DNA of 64,000 nucleotides from Bacteroidales bacterium (GTDB lineage: Bacteria; Bacteroidota; Bacteroidia; Bacteroidales; UBA3663), in NCBI GenBank assembly GCA_017548545.1, contig JAFYZW010000100.1, positions 29,008-93,007 on the forward strand, read 5' to 3'. This document shows positions 59,927 to 64,000 of the stretch, in pieces. A program made the position numbers and the translations under genes. The notes below the pieces were generated by a model. It saw only the letters and a list, made by a program, of their open reading frames with translations, did no database searches and was not told the origin of the DNA. How positions within the stretch are numbered: the first letter of the stretch is position 1; each line of letters opens with the position of its first letter.

Positions 59927-62455
59927 TTACTTTTTCTTGCTTATCAAGTCACGCAGACGACCGAACAGACCAGTCTTTTTCTGCTCTTCCTCGTTATAGC
60001 CGTAGCCATAACCATACCGATAGCCATAACCGTAGCCATATCCATAGCTGTAGCCATAGCTATAACCATACTTCGCCTTGCGACTCGACATCTGGACATC
60101 GTTCAGGATGATCGAAACATTTTTCAGCTTCTCGGCCTTCACGGCTGCCTCAATCTCATTGATGAAGCGCAGGTCCGATTTGCCCGAACGCACCACGTAG
60201 ATGTTGCGATCGACGTGCTTGTTGAGCGTCATCGGATCGGCAATCACCAGATAAGGAGGTGAATCAAGTATGATATAATCGTAAACCTCACGCAGATTGG
60301 TGATAAGGACACCGAATCGCTCGCTCGACAACAACTCGTTTGGATTGGGTGGTACGCCACCCTTGAGCAACAGATCCAGCCCAGGGAATTCCTTGATCGG
60401 CACAATCGTCTGATGCCAGTCGTCCAGTTCGCCGCTCAGGTAATTCGACAATCCGACCGTTTGGTTACGCGGTAGGTCGAACAGTCGGCGCTGACGTCCC
60501 TTGCGAAGGTCGGTCTCCACCAGTATCACCTTCTTGCCTATCGAGCAGAGACTGATAGCCACATTGGCCGAAACGAACGACTTGCCTTCACCGGGAATGC
60601 TGGAAGTGAACTGCAGCACCTTACCCGTCATGAAGCCGATATTGGTGCGAATCGTTCGCATGGCTTCCGACAATACCGACGACGAACCCGATGAGCCTTC
60701 CTCGGCCATATCCGATGCCTTGAAGACGCGACCTTCTCGACGCGGCACGACGCCCAGCAACGGCACACGTGTACGCGACACGATGTCATCAGGATTCTGC
60801 ACCTTGGTCTTCATCAGCATCAGGAGATAGACGATAAGCAGAGGCAGGAGGAAACCGATGACGAAGGCCACAAGAATCACCTGACGTTTATTGGGACCCA
60901 CCAGCACGGTATTGTTCTCAGGATATTCCACTACACGGGCGATATCCGGCTCAGCCACGATGGTGAGCATCGTCTCTTCACGTTTCTTCTGCAACAGCAC
61001 ATAGAGCGGCTCGATCACCGAGCGTTCGCGTTCGATCTGTGCCAGGTTGATCTTCTGACCGGGCACACTCGACAGGTATCCCTTCGAACGCCCTTGCTGA
61101 CGTGCCAGTTCCGAACGCTGCAGCGTCAGGCTGGTCTTCTGGTTGGCTATCGACTTCTCAATCACAGCTCTCAAGTCTGTGATCTGCTTGCTCAAACGCT
61201 GCACCACTGGGCTGTTCTCCGACGAACCTGCCAGCAGTCGTGCTCGTTCGATACATGCCGTATTGTAGTTGGTGATGAAGCCGACAATCGAGGGGTCGCT
61301 CAGTCCCACGTTGCTGGGCAGCACCGTATAAGGCTGATTCGACTTGAGCTCGTTGGCAATCATCTCAAGGAGGGTCAGCTGCACATCCACCTCCTGCAAC
61401 TGCTGCTGGGCAGTCGCATCGGTATTGAGCGACAACTTGGCCTGTGAATCCAGATCGACCATGCGGTTCTTCGAACTGAACTGCTGGATGTTGCCCTCCA
61501 CTGCCGACAACTGGCCACTGAGGTCCTCCAGACGACCGTCGATAAACTCCATCGTCTTGGCGTTCGACGTCATGTAGTAGGTCTTGGTCAGCTCGTTGTA
61601 TTTCTCGATGGCCTTGGCCAGAACCTTCTCAGCACGCTCAGGGTGAATATCCCGCATCACGAGCTGCAGGATCGAACTAGTACTCATGCGCGAACTTTGG
61701 TCCTCCATCACCTCCACGCCAATCTGACGGGCAAGCTCGCGAGCACGGGCCTGTGGCGAATAAAGCATGATGTAGTGCGAACCCGACATGAAATAGTCGT
61801 AGGAATTGCCCTTGAATCGCGACTTGGCTTCATCCCAAAAGCCGAATCTCACGGCTCCCCAATTCCGGAGGGGCAGTTCTTCGCCGAAACGCACCACCTG
61901 GTCGGCATAGAGGCTCTCGCCATCACTTCCAAACAGACGGCGCACCGAGACTTTGAGCGAAGTGGTATCCACCACATCGTAGTCGATGCGGAACGTCGGG
62001 AGATTATTCAGGTTGAGGCTGTCGTTGGGAATATACGTCATACGCACCTCCTGGGGCAAAGTCTCGCGATTCACCCAGTGGTTGCGAACGAAGTACCGCA
62101 CATTCAGGCCCAGCTCATCGACCACAGCCTGCAACACCGGAGTCGATTTGATGATGATCTTCTCGTTGGTCAGACTGTTGTACGACTGCATGCCCGTCAT
62201 GTCGGCAATGAACGACATCTGTGCACTGGAGCTCATGCCGGCATTCTTGTCAGTGGTAACCATGACAAGGGCAGCGCTGTGATAAGTCTTCGGCTTGACA
62301 TAAAGATACACAGCCGCACAGCAGAGACAAATGAAGATGGAGAGGATGATCCAATAGCGAAGCGCCCAAGTCAATTCAAGGATGGCACGCAGACTCAGAC
62401 CACTGCCCGATTGCAGCTCGTCCTCCTCCTGCTCATTGATGATGTACTCACTCAT
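59927..62455 (-). CDS. polysaccharide biosynthesis tyrosine autokinase (Wzc/GumC-like chain-length regulator)
   Basis: Wzz-like N-terminus with two TM segments and a coiled periplasmic region. Walker A SSIPGEGKSFVSANVA, A' ILVETDLRKG, B IILDSPP. C-terminal Tyr cluster YGYSYGYSYGYGYGYGYRYGYGYGY. Confidence 0.85.
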   Translation of the reverse strand: MSEYIINEQEEDELQSGSGLSLRAILELTWALRYWIILSIFICLCCAAVYLYVKPKTYHSAALVMVTTDKNAGMSSSAQMSFIADMTGMQSYNSLTNEKIIIKSTPVLQAVVDELGLNVRYFVRNHWVNRETLPQEVRMTYIPNDSLNLNNLPTFRIDYDVVDTTSLKVSVRRLFGSDGESLYADQVVRFGEELPLRNWGAVRFGFWDEAKSRFKGNSYDYFMSGSHYIMLYSPQARARELARQIGVEVMEDQSSRMSTSSILQLVMRDIHPERAEKVLAKAIEKYNELTKTYYMTSNAKTMEFIDGRLEDLSGQLSAVEGNIQQFSSKNRMVDLDSQAKLSLNTDATAQQQLQEVDVQLTLLEMIANELKSNQPYTVLPSNVGLSDPSIVGFITNYNTACIERARLLAGSSENSPVVQRLSKQITDLRAVIEKSIANQKTSLTLQRSELARQQGRSKGYLSSVPGQKINLAQIERERSVIEPLYVLLQKKREETMLTIVAEPDIARVVEYPENNTVLVGPNKRQVILVAFVIGFLLPLLIVYLLMLMKTKVQNPDDIVSRTRVPLLGVVPRREGRVFKASDMAEEGSSGSSSVLSEAMRTIRTNIGFMTGKVLQFTSSIPGEGKSFVSANVAISLCSIGKKVILVETDLRKGRQRRLFDLPRNQTVGLSNYLSGELDDWHQTIVPIKEFPGLDLLLKGGVPPNPNELLSSERFGVLITNLREVYDYIILDSPPYLVIADPMTLNKHVDRNIYVVRSGKSDLRFINEIEAAVKAEKLKNVSIILNDVQMSSRKAKYGYSYGYSYGYGYGYGYRYGYGYGYNEEEQKKTGLFGRLRDLISKKK
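59996..60070 (-). repeat. 25-codon (Tyr-Gly/Ser/Arg) dipeptide repeat encoding the Wzc tyrosine cluster
   Basis: On the minus strand: TAT GGT TAT AGC TAT GGC TAC AGC TAT GGA TAT GGC TAC GGT TAT GGC TAT CGG TAT GGT TAT GGC TAC GGC TAT. This gives 13 Tyr in 25 residues. Confidence 0.9.
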
Positions 62456-62483
62456 GTAACGTGCTATTGATCGATAAAAAATG

Positions 62484-62555
62484 TACCCAGACTGGGAATC
62501 GAACCCAGATCAAAGGTTTAGGAAACCTCCGTTCTATCCGTTGAACTATCCAGGC
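62484..62555 (-). tRNA. tRNA-Arg (anticodon CCT), 72 nt, CCA not encoded
   Basis: Manual fold of the reverse strand: acceptor GCCTGGA/TCTGGGT (7 bp, three of them G-U), D arm GTTC-AACGGATA-GAAC, anticodon arm GAGGT-TTCCTAA-ACCTT, variable loop TGAT, T arm CTGGG-TTCGATT-CCCAG, discriminator A. Confidence 0.8.
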
Positions 62556-62608
62556 AATACCATGGGTTTACTATGCGTTTCGTGCATATATTACCCAATT
62601 TTGCGCGG

Positions 62609-62616
62609 CAAAGTTA
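62609..62616 (-). promoter_or_regulatory. -7 box TAACTTTG (tRNA-Arg, possibly also wzc-oadB-sel1)
   Basis: Exact TAnnTTTG, 53 nt upstream of the tRNA 5' end. Confidence 0.5.
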
Positions 62617-62689
62617 CAAAATAAATCGAAAAAACAAAAATATTTCGTAATATTTCTGCCCAATATTTGCATATACCGACAATAATTCC

Positions 62690-62697
62690 TATTTTTG
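62690..62697 (+). promoter_or_regulatory. -7 box TATTTTTG (ruvB)
   Basis: Exact TAnnTTTG, 38 nt upstream of the ATG at 62736. Confidence 0.55.
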
Positions 62698-62735
62698 CAA
62701 CCTAAATTTTCCCTTTGGCACCTACACATTAGAAT

Positions 62736-63773
62736 ATGACAGACGATTTCGACATAAGAGAAGCCTCCGAACCCTCAAAGTCAGCCCGTGAGAAGGAGTT
62801 CGAGAAAGCTCTCCGTCCCCTCACCTTCGACGACTTCCAGGGACAAGATAAGGTCAAGGAGAATCTGCGCATCTTCGTAAAAGCCGCCAAGATGCGTGGC
62901 GAATCCCTCGATCACACGCTCTTCCATGGCCCTCCCGGCCTCGGCAAGACCACCCTTTCGAACATCATCGCCAACGAGCTGGGCGTGGGCTTCAAGGTCA
63001 CGTCGGGCCCCGTATTGGACAAACCCGGCGATCTGGCCGGTCTGCTCACATCGCTCGACAAGAACGACGTGCTCTTCATCGACGAGATACATCGTCTCTC
63101 GCCCATCGTCGAGGAGTATCTCTATTCGGCCATGGAGGACTATCGCATCGACATCATGATTGACAAGGGTCCTGCTGCCCGCAGCATCCAGATCGACCTC
63201 AACCCGTTCACCTTGATTGGTGCCACTACACGCTCTGGCTTGCTCACTGCACCCCTCCGTGCTCGTTTCGGCATCAACATGCACCTCGAATACTACGACA
63301 CCGAAGTCCTTGCCGGCATCGTAGCCCGTTCGGCACGCATCTTGGGCATGGCCTGCAAGGAAGAGGCCGCCATCGAGATCGCCTTCCGCAGCCGTGGCAC
63401 ACCGCGTGTCGCCAACTCCCTGTTGCGCCGTGTGCGTGACTTTGCAATGGTGATGGGCCAGAACATCATCGACATCAAGATTGCAAAATATGCCCTTGAG
63501 GCACTCGGCGTCGATAAGTACGGTCTAGACCAGATCGACAACAAACTGCTCACCACCATCATCGAGAAGTTTAATGGTGGACCCGTGGGCCTCACCAATA
63601 TCGCCACTGCCTTAGGCGAAGATGCAGGAACCATCGAGGATGTCTATGAGCCTTACCTCATCAAGGAAGGCTTCATCAAGCGCACTCCCCGTGGCCGCGA
63701 AGCCACCCCTCTTGCCTACAAGCACCTCGGCAAAACTCGCGGCAGCGACAGCCTGCAAGGTACCCTGTTTTAA
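62736..63773 (+). CDS. ruvB: Holliday junction branch migration DNA helicase RuvB
   Basis: [19 protein letters not shown], Walker [14 protein letters not shown], Walker [11 protein letters not shown], sensor and [16 protein letters not shown]. Confidence 0.95.
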   Translation: MTDDFDIREASEPSKSAREKEFEKALRPLTFDDFQGQDKVKENLRIFVKAAKMRGESLDHTLFHGPPGLGKTTLSNIIANELGVGFKVTSGPVLDKPGDLAGLLTSLDKNDVLFIDEIHRLSPIVEEYLYSAMEDYRIDIMIDKGPAARSIQIDLNPFTLIGATTRSGLLTAPLRARFGINMHLEYYDTEVLAGIVARSARILGMACKEEAAIEIAFRSRGTPRVANSLLRRVRDFAMVMGQNIIDIKIAKYALEALGVDKYGLDQIDNKLLTTIIEKFNGGPVGLTNIATALGEDAGTIEDVYEPYLIKEGFIKRTPRGREATPLAYKHLGKTRGSDSLQGTLF

Positions 63774-63784
63774 CCCTCCCCCCC

Positions 63785-64000
63785 ATGTCCTTCCTGAAAT
63801 CCCTCCTCAAAGATACTGCGCTCTACGGTCTCACCTCCATCGTCGGACGCTTCCTGAACTATCTGCTGGTTCCGGTCTATACCAAGGTAATGCCCGCAGT
63901 GTCGGGCGAATATGGCATTGTGACCAACATGTACGCCTACACGGCGCTCATTCTCGTCCTGCTGACCTTCGGTATGGAGACCACCTTCTTCCGCTTTGCC
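63785..64000 (+). CDS. oligosaccharide flippase / polysaccharide biosynthesis family membrane protein, N-terminal 72 aa only (runs off the window)
   Basis: My translation from the ATG at 63785: MSFLKSLLKDTALYGLTSIVGRFLNYLLVPVYTKVM...LTFGMETTFFRFA, stop-free to the window edge. Wzx/MurJ-like N-terminus. Confidence 0.65.
   Translation, partial: MSFLKSLLKDTALYGLTSIVGRFLNYLLVPVYTKVMPAVSGEYGIVTNMYAYTALILVLLTFGMETTFFRFA

Overview
The window reads as a Bacteroidota chromosome segment. Evidence: exact TAnnTTTG -7 promoter boxes before most genes, no Shine-Dalgarno sequences, a complete porP-porK-porL-porM-porN type IX secretion (T9SS) operon, and T9SS C-terminal sorting domains. A Prevotella-like source is my guess and was not tested. 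I call 46 protein genes, two of them cut by the window edges, and one tRNA-Arg(CCT). I saw no rRNA, CRISPR array, transposase or integrase.

Gene content:
- Core functions: ADP-forming acetyl-CoA synthetase (partial), gluQ, cutC, nadE, prfB, ruvB, djlA and an M20 peptidase.
- T9SS operon, flanked by two large T9SS cargo genes: a C10 (streptopain-like) peptidase with leucine-rich repeats, and a 1349-aa protein with six pre-peptidase C-terminal (PPC)-type repeats.
- Scattered glycoside hydrolases (GH2, GH9, GH42, GH43, a BNR/sialidase-like protein and a transglutaminase lipoprotein), with no SusC/SusD pair.
- A tRNA-wzc-oadB-sel1 string on the minus strand.

Most interesting observations:
1. A minus-strand cluster at about 3.4-7.2 kb links an NrtR-type Nudix regulator to an ADP-ribosylglycohydrolase, an unknown 199-aa protein, and a vWA domain fused to a phage-type domain. 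It contains no NAD biosynthesis gene. This is my best candidate for an undescribed ADP-ribose-centred module.
2. A non-coding array at 33110-33510 has about 9.75 tandem 41-bp units. Each unit carries a 26-bp dyad whose central hexamer switches between two different self-complementary sequences.
3. Exact 9-bp and 7-bp period word arrays fill intercistronic spacers. All three porK/L/M/N spacers are of this kind, and the same 9-mer family recurs 9 kb away in the djlA leader.

The ORF track uses the longest ORF and accepts TTG starts. I trimmed several starts using signal peptides, ATG positions and promoter boxes. All functional calls come from motif recognition by eye; no database search was run.
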